A stretch of 64,000 bases of DNA from an uncultured cyanobacterium (GCA_963793425.1 CAWCAG010000007.1:1024001-1088000), one strand, 5' to 3'; counted from the first letter of the stretch, positions 20,300 to 30,868 are shown. Numbers and translations: made by a program. Notes: generated from the letters alone by a model not told the origin.

Positions 20300-21262
20300 A
20301 TGCTAACTCAAATGCAGCAAAAATACCTTTCCTATTTAGGGACATTTTTATTTAGTTTAGGGCTACTTAGTTTAGCAACTTGGACGATTAGCCGCGAACT
20401 TAAAAATTATAGCTATCAAGATATACTCCAAAGCTTAAAAGCTTTACCTAGTGATCGCCTATTTTGGTCACTAATTCTTACCATTCTTTGTTATGGAGTA
20501 ATGACAGGGTATGACACCTTAGCAATGCGTTATATTCGTCATCCCCTACCTTACTGGAAAACAGCTTTTGCTGCTTTCACTAGTATTGCTGTTAGTAATA
20601 ATATTGGTTTTGCCCTCTTGAGTGGTGGGGCTATTCGTTATCGTCTCTATCGCCCTTGGCAGCTATCAAAACTAGAAATTGCTCAAGTCATCGCTTTTGG
20701 TAATCTCAGCTTTTGGCTAGGAATGTTAACTGTAGGAGGCATCTTATTTATTACTTTCCCTTTAGACGTACCTGAATTACTAAATTTCCCCTTTGCCTCA
20801 ATGGATTTATTGGGGGGAATTTGTTTTGCTTTATTGATTGGCTACTTCATCTTTAGCATATTAGCTCAGCATAAAACTTTCTACTGGCGAGGTTCTGTTT
20901 TTCGAGTTCCTTCTCCGCAAATTGCCACTGTGCAAATCACCATTTCTACCATTGATTGGGCTATGGCTGCTGGAGTTCTTTATCTATTATTAGATATTGC
21001 TGCTGTGTTATCTTACTCTACTTTTTTTGGTATTTATTTACTAGCTCAACTAGCCAGAGTTATTAGTAATGTTCCTGCTGGCTTAGGCATATTGGAAACT
21101 GTTATGGTGTTGATGTTAGCCCCCCAAATACCAGCAGATAAAGTTTTGGCAGCTTTGCTGGCTTATCGAGGTATCTATTATCTTCTCCCTTTCGTTATAG
21201 CAAGTATATTACTAGGTAGTTACGAACTTCTCTACCGCCGTCGTAAAAGAGAAAGCGAATAA
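20300..21262 (+). CDS. Lysylphosphatidylglycerol synthase TM (MprF flippase-like) domain protein, no synthase domain
   Basis: GYDTLA, GGAIRYRLY, VPAGLGILE, LLAYRGIYYLLP; about 8 TM segments. Confidence 0.85.
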   Translation: MLTQMQQKYLSYLGTFLFSLGLLSLATWTISRELKNYSYQDILQSLKALPSDRLFWSLILTILCYGVMTGYDTLAMRYIRHPLPYWKTAFAAFTSIAVSNNIGFALLSGGAIRYRLYRPWQLSKLEIAQVIAFGNLSFWLGMLTVGGILFITFPLDVPELLNFPFASMDLLGGICFALLIGYFIFSILAQHKTFYWRGSVFRVPSPQIATVQITISTIDWAMAAGVLYLLLDIAAVLSYSTFFGIYLLAQLARVISNVPAGLGILETVMVLMLAPQIPADKVLAALLAYRGIYYLLPFVIASILLGSYELLYRRRKRESE

Positions 21263-21290
21263 ACAACTCAATCAATTTTCCAGGTTAAAC

Positions 21291-23189
21291 TTAAATCTCT
21301 GGAGTATAAGCAGTTGCTAAAGAGCCATCGGGTTTATAAACTTCCACACGAGTTCTAGAGTCCTCGCTGATAGTTTCTAAAGCCTGTCCGAGGGTAAAAA
21401 CATGGTTGCGTAAATTAACTTCAGCCTGATAATCTTTTTTCGACTGAATTTTCTCGTTGTTTTGATTAATCTTGCTTAAATAAGCAGGGGTAAGGCGTAC
21501 CTTAATCACATTCTTGTTTAAAGTGTAAAAACAAACCCTAGGGTTCCCAGCACAGGTTTTTTCTAAATCTCCCCGTGCTTGCTGCACCCTCATAGCCGTA
21601 AGAAGTTGCTTTTCTGCATCTTCTAAAGATTTACTGTAACTTTTGATTAAGGGTTGAGCTTGATAGTAATAAAATGTGTCTTCAGGGACTTGCTTGACAT
21701 AATTTAAAGCACTGCGCCAGTTATAAGATGCTCTTGACCATTGGTCAATATTTTCTGCACTCTTCGCTAATTCAGCAAGGCGCATTCCTTGGTTATAAGC
21801 GTTGGCAGCAACTTGCTCTTTCATTTTATAGTCCCTGGCTTGGGCTAATCTAGGGGAGAAAGCCTTAAACTTTTCCTGGGCTTGTTCATAGGATGTTGTA
21901 TGCTTAGGAATTTCCTTCAGCTTATTGATCGCTGTTTGCCAAGTTGCTTGGGCAAGCTGCCAATTTTCCAATGATTGAGAAATGCCGTGGCGGGCTTCAG
22001 CCATTCTGCTTACTTCCTCTGCTAATTTAAGATCAACTTTAGCTTTTTTCTCTTCACTTAAGCGCTGATTAATAGTTTGCAGATTAGTCTCGTAAAGAGG
22101 AATTTTGCTTTGTGCCAACTCATAAAAATCACTTTGGGGAGGAATTTGCTTGAGAGAGGCGATCGCTTCTTGCCATAGTTGTTGGGCTTCTACCCACTGA
22201 GCTTCTTGTAAAGGTGTATTCTGGCTTTGATAAGCTGCTTGAGCTGCGGTTTGCAGAGCGCTTACCACCTCTTCTAAGCTTGCTGAACTTTCTTGATAAG
22301 CTTGAAGATAGTTTTGGGCTTCACCGCGATATTTAGACCAAAAAGGGATAGATTGGAGTAGTTCAATAGCTCTATCTAATTGTACCTGGGCTTCAAGGAT
22401 AGCTTTTCCTGATTCTGGCTCTTGTAGAGTATTAGCTGACTCGTTAGCTAATTTTTGTGCTGCTCCAATTTCCGAACATTCTCCCAATACACAAGGGCGA
22501 GTGAGAACATAAAGACTTGCTAAAAATACGCTTAAGCTAATACCTACTCCAGTCCAGATAATAGGTAGCCAAGATTTTGGTTTAGCTGGAATTTCTTCTT
22601 CTTCTTCTTCAACTGACTCTTCTTCAGGTAACTCTTCAAAGACATCAAAAGTTTCTGCTTGTTTTTCTTCTACCAACAGAGATAAAGATTCTTTTGCTGA
22701 GTCCTTTTCTTCTTCTTCCTCTTCTTGAGATTGAGATTGAAGAGGAACATTTTCAACCACATCTTCTGGTAAAGCCTCTTCAGCATCTTCCTCAGTTGGC
22801 GCGATCGCTTCAAACCCAGATAAATCTTCTGGATAATCTTGTCCTTCCACTCCAACAAAGTCCTGTTGGACAATTTCTTCTGTTGCGGCTTCCAACTCAA
22901 AAATATGAAAGGCATAGGGCTGTTTTTGTCCTAGCACCCTCATATAGATAAGTACTCGACTACTGCCTAAACAATTCTGCTCTCGGACAGTTTGTTCTAA
23001 GACACTAAAAGTACGCTTTTGATAGGGCATCACTGATTCTGGATGCTCTACCAAAACAATTAAAGTTCCCTCCTTAAGCAGGCAGCGTACCTGGAGAGGG
23101 GCAAGCTGTAAGGGTTCTGAATGTAGACGCTTCTGTAGTAGAGCTTCTAATTCCTCTAATTTAATTGGTTGTAGCGCTGTTTTTACCAT
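21291..23189 (-). CDS. Membrane-anchored hypothetical protein with acidic linker and helical repeats
   Basis: N-terminal alpha/beta module, Glu-rich linker, TM followed by RPCVLGEC, repeated W..AI..L..IP…Y..AQ units. Confidence 0.75.
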   Translation of the reverse strand: MVKTALQPIKLEELEALLQKRLHSEPLQLAPLQVRCLLKEGTLIVLVEHPESVMPYQKRTFSVLEQTVREQNCLGSSRVLIYMRVLGQKQPYAFHIFELEAATEEIVQQDFVGVEGQDYPEDLSGFEAIAPTEEDAEEALPEDVVENVPLQSQSQEEEEEEKDSAKESLSLLVEEKQAETFDVFEELPEEESVEEEEEEIPAKPKSWLPIIWTGVGISLSVFLASLYVLTRPCVLGECSEIGAAQKLANESANTLQEPESGKAILEAQVQLDRAIELLQSIPFWSKYRGEAQNYLQAYQESSASLEEVVSALQTAAQAAYQSQNTPLQEAQWVEAQQLWQEAIASLKQIPPQSDFYELAQSKIPLYETNLQTINQRLSEEKKAKVDLKLAEEVSRMAEARHGISQSLENWQLAQATWQTAINKLKEIPKHTTSYEQAQEKFKAFSPRLAQARDYKMKEQVAANAYNQGMRLAELAKSAENIDQWSRASYNWRSALNYVKQVPEDTFYYYQAQPLIKSYSKSLEDAEKQLLTAMRVQQARGDLEKTCAGNPRVCFYTLNKNVIKVRLTPAYLSKINQNNEKIQSKKDYQAEVNLRNHVFTLGQALETISEDSRTRVEVYKPDGSLATAYTPEI

Positions 23190-23642
23190 AACAACAGCAA
23201 GTATAAAGTGTATAGAGTTAGTATATTGATCCTTAGTTAGGAAGTATAGTTGCTAATTGGGCTTTACGAACAGGTCATTAGGATGAAGTTTGCTTAACTT
23301 GCCTCAAAAAACAGAGAAATTGCTAATTTCAAGGCAGAAATAAATTTTTTCGAGTATAATTTTTTTGTTTGCTCTGTGTATCTCTACTCGAAACGCTACT
23401 AATTGAAACGAAAAACCTTAATATATTCTCTTGGGTATCCGGAATTTTTCAGAGTGCATTGATTAATTGATTGGGAATATTTATAGATTACTGAGGCTCT
23501 GCCCTGAAAAGCTGGGTTAGAAAACTGTAATTAATTAGCGCTACTACCAAAAACTTTATTTTCGTTTATGTAAGTACTGAGCATAGGTTGCACCACAATC
23601 TTGGTGTAGCTTAACGTACTGCAAAGAAAAATTCGGTCTTGA

Positions 23643-26393
23643 TTGCAAGCAAAAGAGAACCCTGAAGTGCTTATACCTCAAAAAAAGCTGCAAAAAATAC
23701 CACCCTTGCCACTACGAGTTTTATTAGTACTACCTTTTTTGGTACAAATTTGTGCCATTGTTGGCATAACAGGGTGGCTTTCTTTTCGCAACGGACAAAA
23801 TGCGGTTAATAATATTGCTGCGGAGTTGCAAGGAGAAGTTCAATCTCAAGTAGAACATTACCTTGATGATTACTTAGCATTGCCTCAACAGATTAATCAG
23901 ATTAACTTAGAAGCCGCTAAATTAGATTTGCTTAATTTAGAAGATTTTTCCCAGACTGGAAAGTACTTTTGGCAGCAAATGCAAGTGTTTGATGTTGGCT
24001 ACATTAACTATGCCACTACCGAAGGAGAGTTTATCGGTATTGAACGCCTAGATAATAGGGAAATTTTAATTAACGAAGTGCCGTTATTTACCCCAGGTAA
24101 ACTCTATATTCACAAAACAGATAGTGAAGGGAATCGTACCAAACAGATTGATCTCAAAACCGGTTATGATCCTCGCCTTGAAGCTTGGTATGCCGATGCC
24201 GTAGAAGCCGGTAAACCTGTTTGGAGTGCAATTTATCAATGGGAAGATAAACCAGAGGTTTTATCCATTTCTTCTAGCTATCCTGTCTATGATGAGAAGC
24301 AAAATCTTCAAGGAGTTATTGGAGTTGATTTAATTCTTTCTCAAATCAACATTTTTCTGAGCAATATAGATTTAGATCGTTCCGGGGAAACCTTTATTTT
24401 AGAACGTAACGGCTTATTGGTAGCCAGTTCAGCGAACAAACAATCTTTTGATGTTGTGGATGGTGAAGTAACCAGAAAGAAAGCTGTTAACAGCAAAGAT
24501 ATTATTGTTAGTTCTGCGGTTCAATATTTACAAAAACATTTTGGTCAATTAACAGCTATTGAAAAACCAGCCAACTTAGCATTTTATCTTGATAATCAAA
24601 AACAATTCCTCCAAGTTCTTCCTTACCAAGATGCCTTGGGCTTAGACTGGTTAGTAATCACAGTCATACCAGAATCAGATTTTATCTCTCAGGTACAAAG
24701 CAATACTCGTAACACCATCTTGCTTTGTTTGGGCGCTTTAATTATTGCGATTATTGTTGGTATTTTAACCTCTCGTTGGATCAGTAAACCAATTCGAGAG
24801 TTGAGTGGCGCAAGCAAAGCCATCGCCAATGGTAAATTAGATCAAAAAGTTGAAGTGGGTAGGGTAAAAGAATTAGGAGTATTAGCCCGTTCCTTCAACA
24901 AAATGACTCAACAACTACATGATTCTTTCGCTGCTTTGGCCAGAAATAATCAAGATTTAGAAAAAAAAGTTAAATTAAGAACGACAGCCCTTGAAGAATC
25001 TGAAGCACAACAAAAACAATTAAATCAACAACTAGAAGAAAGAGTTCAGCAACGTACCGCAGAATTAGAAAAAGCGAAAAGGAGAATGCAATTTATGGCT
25101 TTGCATGATCCTTTGACGAATTTACCTAACCGAACTCTCTTTCTAGAAAAGTTAGCAGATTCTCTTGATAGTAGCCGAAAAGAGCCAGATTATTTATTTG
25201 CTGTACTATTTTTAGACTGCGATCGCTTCAAAGTCATCAACGATTCTTTGGGGCATTCGGCAGGGGATGACTTGTTAATTATTCTCACCAGCCGTTTAAT
25301 TTCTTGTTTACGTCCTGGAGATATTATTGCCCGTTTAGGGGGAGATGAATTTGCCATCCTTCTAAATAAATTAAACAGCACCGAAGATGCCATAACTGTT
25401 GCCCAAGCAATTCAACAAACAACGAACCAACCTTGTCAACTCAACCATTATCAAGTATTTATGAACTTCAGCATTGGCATTTGTCCTGGTTGGGGATACC
25501 AACAACCAGAACATTTGTTGAGGGATGCTGACACAGCAATGTATGCAGCCAAGGCTTCTGGCAAAGGTGCTTTCAAGGTATTTGATGCAGAGATGCACGC
25601 TAATGCGGTGGAATTATTAAACTTAGAAACTGACTTGCGTAAAGCCATAGAAAGGGAGGAGTTTTTAGTTTACTATCAACCTATCGTTTGCCTAGAAACA
25701 GGTAAAATAAAAGCTTTTGAAGCCCTAGTACGCTGGCAACATCCCCAACGGGGCTTTGTTTCTCCAGGACAATTTATTCCCATAGCAGAAGAAACTGGTT
25801 TAATTATTCCTTTGGGTATGTTGGTATTGCGACAAGCCTGTCATCAGCTTCAGCGTTGGCAAAAACTATTTTTACCGGAAGATTCTCTGACTATGAGTGT
25901 TAATCTTTCAGTTAAACAGTTTTCTCAACCAGACTTATTAGGACAAATTGATCAAGTTATTACAGAAACCAACTTAGATAGTCGTAGTTTAAAGCTAGAA
26001 ATTACTGAAAGTGCCATCATGGGCAACCAAGAAGATGTCCTCACCCTCCTTAACCAAATTAAAGAACGCCAAATACAATTAAGTATTGATGATTTTGGTA
26101 CAGGTTATTCTTCTTTTAGTTACCTACATCGCTTACCTTTTGACACCTTAAAAATTGATCGTTCTTTTGTCAGTAACCTAGATGGGGTGAAAAAGCATCG
26201 AGAAATTGTGGAAGCGATCGCAACTTTAGCCCAAAAGTTAAAAATGCAAGTCATTGCCGAAGGTATAGAAACAGAACAACAATTAGCACACTTAAGAAGT
26301 TTAGGATGCGATTTTGGTCAAGGTTGGTTTTTCTCTAAACCTTTATCCCAAGAATCTGCTGAGGAGATGTTGTTAAGTTCTCCTAAATGGTGA
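23643..26393 (+). CDS. Cache-HAMP-GGDEF-EAL c-di-GMP signalling protein
   Basis: Two TMs around a Cache-like domain (DPRLEAWY), HAMP, RLGGDEF, EAL (FEALVRW), DDFGTGYSS. Confidence 0.93.
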   Translation: MQAKENPEVLIPQKKLQKIPPLPLRVLLVLPFLVQICAIVGITGWLSFRNGQNAVNNIAAELQGEVQSQVEHYLDDYLALPQQINQINLEAAKLDLLNLEDFSQTGKYFWQQMQVFDVGYINYATTEGEFIGIERLDNREILINEVPLFTPGKLYIHKTDSEGNRTKQIDLKTGYDPRLEAWYADAVEAGKPVWSAIYQWEDKPEVLSISSSYPVYDEKQNLQGVIGVDLILSQINIFLSNIDLDRSGETFILERNGLLVASSANKQSFDVVDGEVTRKKAVNSKDIIVSSAVQYLQKHFGQLTAIEKPANLAFYLDNQKQFLQVLPYQDALGLDWLVITVIPESDFISQVQSNTRNTILLCLGALIIAIIVGILTSRWISKPIRELSGASKAIANGKLDQKVEVGRVKELGVLARSFNKMTQQLHDSFAALARNNQDLEKKVKLRTTALEESEAQQKQLNQQLEERVQQRTAELEKAKRRMQFMALHDPLTNLPNRTLFLEKLADSLDSSRKEPDYLFAVLFLDCDRFKVINDSLGHSAGDDLLIILTSRLISCLRPGDIIARLGGDEFAILLNKLNSTEDAITVAQAIQQTTNQPCQLNHYQVFMNFSIGICPGWGYQQPEHLLRDADTAMYAAKASGKGAFKVFDAEMHANAVELLNLETDLRKAIEREEFLVYYQPIVCLETGKIKAFEALVRWQHPQRGFVSPGQFIPIAEETGLIIPLGMLVLRQACHQLQRWQKLFLPEDSLTMSVNLSVKQFSQPDLLGQIDQVITETNLDSRSLKLEITESAIMGNQEDVLTLLNQIKERQIQLSIDDFGTGYSSFSYLHRLPFDTLKIDRSFVSNLDGVKKHREIVEAIATLAQKLKMQVIAEGIETEQQLAHLRSLGCDFGQGWFFSKPLSQESAEEMLLSSPKW

Positions 26394-26501
26394 TTTTATT
26401 GATCATTTATGATTTATCATTAAACATTAAATAACCTTCTCCCTGCTCCCTCAAACCAAGAATTTAGTACTTTACAAGCAAGAGAATTGCTATAGTTTGG
26501 G

Positions 26502-26939
26502 ATGCTAACACTTACCCAAAGACTGCCATCTACTGAAAACCTCAATGCGGCTATAACTCTTTTCCTCACAGCGGAAAAGCGTACTCGAAGTCGCCATCGT
26601 TTTGAGATGCCAGACGGCCAATCTTTATATTTACGGCTGCCCAGAGGTACAATATTGCAAGATGGGGATTTATTACTTTCAGAAGCAGAAAATGTAGTCG
26701 TTCGTGTTGAAGCACAACCAGAACCAGTGATCACTGTTAGAGGAAAAAATCACCTCGATTTGTTGCGGGCAGCTTATCACTTAGGAAATAGACACGTTCC
26801 TTTAGAAATAACTACCAATTATTTACGTCTTAATCTCGATTCTGTTCTCTTTTCTATGCTCTTAAAAATGGGTTTAGATGTACAGGAAGAAGTTGTACCT
26901 TTTTATCCTGAAGTTGGTGCTTATAACCATAATCATTAA
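26502..26939 (+). CDS. ureE: Urease accessory nickel chaperone
   Basis: LPRGTILQDGD, AAYHLGNRH, FYPEVGAY plus His-containing tail. Confidence 0.93.
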   Translation: MLTLTQRLPSTENLNAAITLFLTAEKRTRSRHRFEMPDGQSLYLRLPRGTILQDGDLLLSEAENVVVRVEAQPEPVITVRGKNHLDLLRAAYHLGNRHVPLEITTNYLRLNLDSVLFSMLLKMGLDVQEEVVPFYPEVGAYNHNH

Positions 26940-26961
26940 GCTACGAAGCAGACAGAATTGC

Positions 26962-28947
26962 TTAGGCTCCAAATGCTCCAACAACACTAAACTCGTCGCT
27001 TCCGGTATTTACATGAGCTTGATAAACTACTAAATCAAACCAGAAGGTTGTACCCACTCCTACCTCACTAACCAAGTGAACTTTACTGTGGTGTTTGTCA
27101 ATAATATTTCTCACAATTGATAGTCCTAAGCCTGTACCTTCTAAGGTATGAACGCGGTTTTCTACTCGGAAAAAGCGGTCAAAAATTGCCTGCTGATCTT
27201 CAGTATCAATACCTGTTCCAGTATCAGAAACTTCTACTCGGACTTTAGGGACAGAATCGCGATGATCAGGATTATTAATTAGTTGGTAAGCACGAACAAC
27301 TACTTTCCCACCTGATTCTGTAAATTTAAGGGAGTTTCCCACTAGGTTAGCTAAAACCTGAAGAATCAAGTCATAATTGCCTGCTACGGAAGGTAAATTT
27401 TCTCCAATTTCTTGCTCTAATTTAATACCTTTATCCTTCGCATTAAGATAACAAGTACGCAAAGTTTGTTCGATAGGCTGAGCTAGATTTACAGGTTCTA
27501 AGTTATAAACTTTATTAGACTCTAAGCGAGACAAATCCAAGACATCATTAACCAAACGAGTTAACCTATCAGTTTCATGATTAGCTGTTTGCAGAAACTC
27601 TTTGCGTTCAACTTCTGTTAAGTCTTCTCCATATTCATGGAGGGTTTCAATAAATGATTTGATATTAAACAAAGGGGTTCTCAACTCGTGAGAAACATTA
27701 CTAATAAATTGGCTTTTGGCCTCATTTAGTTCAACCTCGCGGGTAATATCCTGAACTGTCATCGCAATACCTTTGATACTTTCTCGGTATTGATTCAGCA
27801 CTTTAGTTAAAAGAATACGAACAGTTCGTGGAGTTGGTTCACTTAAGGTTAAACGAAACTCGCTTCCTTCCCTTTCTAAATAGGATTCAGCTTCTGAATC
27901 TTGTTTATTAATTTGTTCGCTAGCAACAAGTTTATAGAGAGTTTCTGTAATTTTAACTGTTACATCCGCTGGTAAGTTTTTGAGTACATTTTTGCCAATT
28001 AATTCTTTTCCTTCCCAGCCAAAAATTTTACGGGCAGTAGGATTTACTAACATTACTTGTAAATCCGTATCTATCAATACTGCACCATCAGCAATGGTTG
28101 AAACTAAAGTTTCCAGCTTAGCTTTTTCTGCTGTTAGTTCTTCAATATTTTGTTCTTCGTATCTTTCCAATCTTTCTGCCATTTCATTGAAACTGTAAAT
28201 TAACTCGCCTAACTCTCCTCCTAATGGCAAATCGATTCGTTGCTTAAAATTACCAGCAGCAATATTTTTTACTCCTAATAACAGTTCCTTAATTGGCTTA
28301 GTAATATTAAGGGCGTTAAAAACTCCCCCTAAAATAACCATCGCCCAAATAGAGACAAAAACAGCGATAGTTACATCCCTCGTTAAATTAGAAGAAGCTA
28401 CTACCGTAGGATTAGGATTAATCCCCAATGCTAATACCCCCAAATACTCACCATCTTGGTTAAGAGGAACAAAAACATCAGTAACTTCTCCATTAGGAAC
28501 GAGATGTTGCCGTACCATAGGTAAGGTGGAGTTCTCAGCATAATTTTCCGGCAGCTCAATATTACGCTGAATAGCCAAAGAGTTCTTAACTTCCGATTCG
28601 GAAAAAGGAATACCAAAGAAAATTCTACCTTCTTGATCCGCGTAAATCATGTAGCGAACGCTGGAAGTACTGCGATAAAAGCGACTAGAAAAACGAGCAA
28701 CTTCAGTTAAATTATGATCAGCAATTAAAGGTGTAACATTAGCAGCTAACAAAAGTCCCAAATCTCGACCAAAACGAGTATCATTTAGTCGAGCATCCTG
28801 CTGAATTGTATTAACTGCCCAAAAGGTCAAACCACTCATAATTAGTGACACCACTAAAGTTCCCGCCGCCATTAAGCGAGTTTGGAGAGTGAAATCTGAC
28901 CACCAGTGGACTATTGCTTCTTGGAGCTTGTTGAATAGAGCCAGCAA
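26962..28947 (-). CDS. nblS: Sensor histidine kinase NblS/Hik33 (TM-HAMP-PAS-HisKA-HATPase)
   Basis: FTLQTRLMAA, NDTRFGRDLGLLLA, SNVSHELRTPLFNIK, RVENRVHTLEGTGLGL. Confidence 0.95.
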   Translation of the reverse strand: MLALFNKLQEAIVHWWSDFTLQTRLMAAGTLVVSLIMSGLTFWAVNTIQQDARLNDTRFGRDLGLLLAANVTPLIADHNLTEVARFSSRFYRSTSSVRYMIYADQEGRIFFGIPFSESEVKNSLAIQRNIELPENYAENSTLPMVRQHLVPNGEVTDVFVPLNQDGEYLGVLALGINPNPTVVASSNLTRDVTIAVFVSIWAMVILGGVFNALNITKPIKELLLGVKNIAAGNFKQRIDLPLGGELGELIYSFNEMAERLERYEEQNIEELTAEKAKLETLVSTIADGAVLIDTDLQVMLVNPTARKIFGWEGKELIGKNVLKNLPADVTVKITETLYKLVASEQINKQDSEAESYLEREGSEFRLTLSEPTPRTVRILLTKVLNQYRESIKGIAMTVQDITREVELNEAKSQFISNVSHELRTPLFNIKSFIETLHEYGEDLTEVERKEFLQTANHETDRLTRLVNDVLDLSRLESNKVYNLEPVNLAQPIEQTLRTCYLNAKDKGIKLEQEIGENLPSVAGNYDLILQVLANLVGNSLKFTESGGKVVVRAYQLINNPDHRDSVPKVRVEVSDTGTGIDTEDQQAIFDRFFRVENRVHTLEGTGLGLSIVRNIIDKHHSKVHLVSEVGVGTTFWFDLVVYQAHVNTGSDEFSVVGAFGA

Positions 28948-29067
28948 AGATTAATAGGAATAAATTACTAACAGTTCTTAATAATTATAAACGTTTTGTC
29001 TCCATGAGCAGTTATTAATGAGTAGAGTGCGGCAACGACAAGCCGTACAGTTATCAGTGCAAATAGA

Positions 29068-29580
29068 TTAAATTTCTTCTATTGGGGGATAACCATCTCG
29101 TACTACTTTCACTTCTGTGGGGGTTTTACCTAAGATACGAGCTAAGGGCAGAAGCGAACTATCCTTAATCTCCTTTCCCTCATAAATATCCTTAAGGTCA
29201 TCTAAGGATAGCTTATAGGAATCGCAAAAACGAATAAAGTCTTTTTTACTCACATCTAGCTCTTTTTGCCTTTCTCTTAAAAGAATTGCGATCGCCTTTG
29301 TACCATATTTAGGCCTTTCCACTCTATTTCTATAACTTTTTGCCAGCTCAGATACTTCCCTTAAATCTCCTCCTCGCTCAATAATCAGGTCACGACAGGC
29401 TTTTTCCAAGGCTTTACTTTGCCGAATTTCCTCATTGAAAAAGCGGACAACTTGCTTAGCATATTCTGGTTGCAAGAAACCAACAATTTCACCTTGATAA
29501 TAAATTGGTAAGAATTGTTTATCTTCATTGAGTTCCCAATCTAAAGGCTCATCTCGTAACACCATCACCACTCCAAACAA
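29068..29580 (-). CDS. Hypothetical protein with C-terminal HTH-like region
   Basis: LLRERQKELDVS…LLPLARILGKT; 170-aa ORF. Confidence 0.6.
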   Translation of the reverse strand: MFGVVMVLRDEPLDWELNEDKQFLPIYYQGEIVGFLQPEYAKQVVRFFNEEIRQSKALEKACRDLIIERGGDLREVSELAKSYRNRVERPKYGTKAIAILLRERQKELDVSKKDFIRFCDSYKLSLDDLKDIYEGKEIKDSSLLPLARILGKTPTEVKVVRDGYPPIEEI

Positions 29581-29790
29581 AGATATTCTATGAAGCTATA
29601 CCAGTAGAGTTTATCTTTAATTCCAATACCTCAAACAGCAATTACAAAAAGAATTACCACTATTGGAGAAAGTTGCAGAATGAGAAGAGAAGGTTATGAT
29701 ACGGCTCATGTTCAAAGGCTTTCGCAGTAACAGCTTTACGAGTTGCGGGTGACCAAAAATTCCAGGTGTTACTGTAATTAAATCAAAGAG

Positions 29791-30180
29791 TTAGCTATTA
29801 GTTGAAAAATCTAGAATGTCTCTAATAACTCTCTTCAAATCTTCATCAGCAGGGCGTTTAGCAAACTGTTCGTGAGTATATATCCAAACTGGTTTAATGA
29901 TATAGCTAATTTCGTTTACCAAGTACATTAATCTGATTTGTCCAGAAGCACCTTTGGCAAACCTAAATTTCAGCTTGTAAAATGTCCATTCTTGAGATAG
30001 CTTAATTTTACTTGGTAAAGGTTCGAGACAAGAGTTATGGGGATATGGATTATCAAGCAAATTCTCCAAACTTCTTGAAACGATTAACACAAAGTTGTTT
30101 TTATGAACTTTAGCAAGTTTTTTAAAAGAACGCTTAAAATTGTCAGACTCTTCAATCAAGAAGGGAGTTGAGCCAGTCAT
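29791..30180 (-). CDS. RelE/ParE-like toxin
   Basis: SDNFKRSFKKL N-terminal helix, YKLKF…GASGQIRLMY, WIYTH; overlaps upstream antitoxin. Confidence 0.7.
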   Translation of the reverse strand: MTGSTPFLIEESDNFKRSFKKLAKVHKNNFVLIVSRSLENLLDNPYPHNSCLEPLPSKIKLSQEWTFYKLKFRFAKGASGQIRLMYLVNEISYIIKPVWIYTHEQFAKRPADEDLKRVIRDILDFSTNS

Positions 30181-30739
30181 GCACTTCTCCTTTACTAATA
30201 TGATTGGAAGATTCCGAATTAAACGTATCCTTCAAAAGCTCAGCCATTGCTAGTTCGTATACAGGGTTATCTTTTTCTATTAAATCAAGTTTTTGATGAC
30301 CTAATTCTTCCATATCTTCAAGGAGGATAGGCTCTGTTGAACTTGCATCAGATAATAGACCTTTACGAGCCTTTTTCCAAGGAAATTCTAAGTGAGTCAT
30401 GCCACTTAATTGATAAGCATGGTAGCTACCGAAATGTTCCCACACTTGTTCTAAAAGTTCTCTTTTTTCAAGCGGAAGCAGCAATAAGGATTCTTCATCA
30501 GGGAGCGGTAATTGTTGCGCCTCAAAATTACTGTAGAATTTGTACGCAGGAGGGCAAACAGGGCCATAACGCCACGCTTGAATTTCTTCTTCAAACAATG
30601 GCTCATTGTACAATGCTAAGTGCAAACTTTGAGCATAATACAGAAGCTTCTGGACTTTCATATTAGTTATTTCAGCTTCTATACCATTCTGATAAGCCCT
30701 TATGATGAAGTATTTAGCCGCATATAAACAGTCAATCAT
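30152..30739 (-). CDS. Panacea (SocA/DUF4065) domain antitoxin
   Basis: ITNMKVQKLLYYAQ, LFEEEIQAWRYGPV, LSGMTH.E.PW. Confidence 0.9.
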   Translation of the reverse strand: MIDCLYAAKYFIIRAYQNGIEAEITNMKVQKLLYYAQSLHLALYNEPLFEEEIQAWRYGPVCPPAYKFYSNFEAQQLPLPDEESLLLLPLEKRELLEQVWEHFGSYHAYQLSGMTHLEFPWKKARKGLLSDASSTEPILLEDMEELGHQKLDLIEKDNPVYELAMAELLKDTFNSESSNHISKGEVHDWLNSLLD

Positions 30740-30868
30740 GATCTAACTCGCAGCTTCAGTTAAACTTTCCATAGTAACAAATTTAAGGATTTTTGTGCCA
30801 ATTGTTATATTATAAATCAGTCTCGTTGATAGTACAAGGGAACTAGTCTTGTCAAAAACAAACTTTAT

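Noticed and set aside
23400..23640. Riboswitch upstream of the GGDEF-EAL gene
   Set aside because: Only a single hairpin (GTTGCACCA…TGGTGTAGC); no recognisable c-di-GMP riboswitch consensus
29690..29780. GC-richer patch next to the TA pair as a tRNA or att site
   Set aside because: No cloverleaf, T-loop or CCA end, and no flanking direct repeat found
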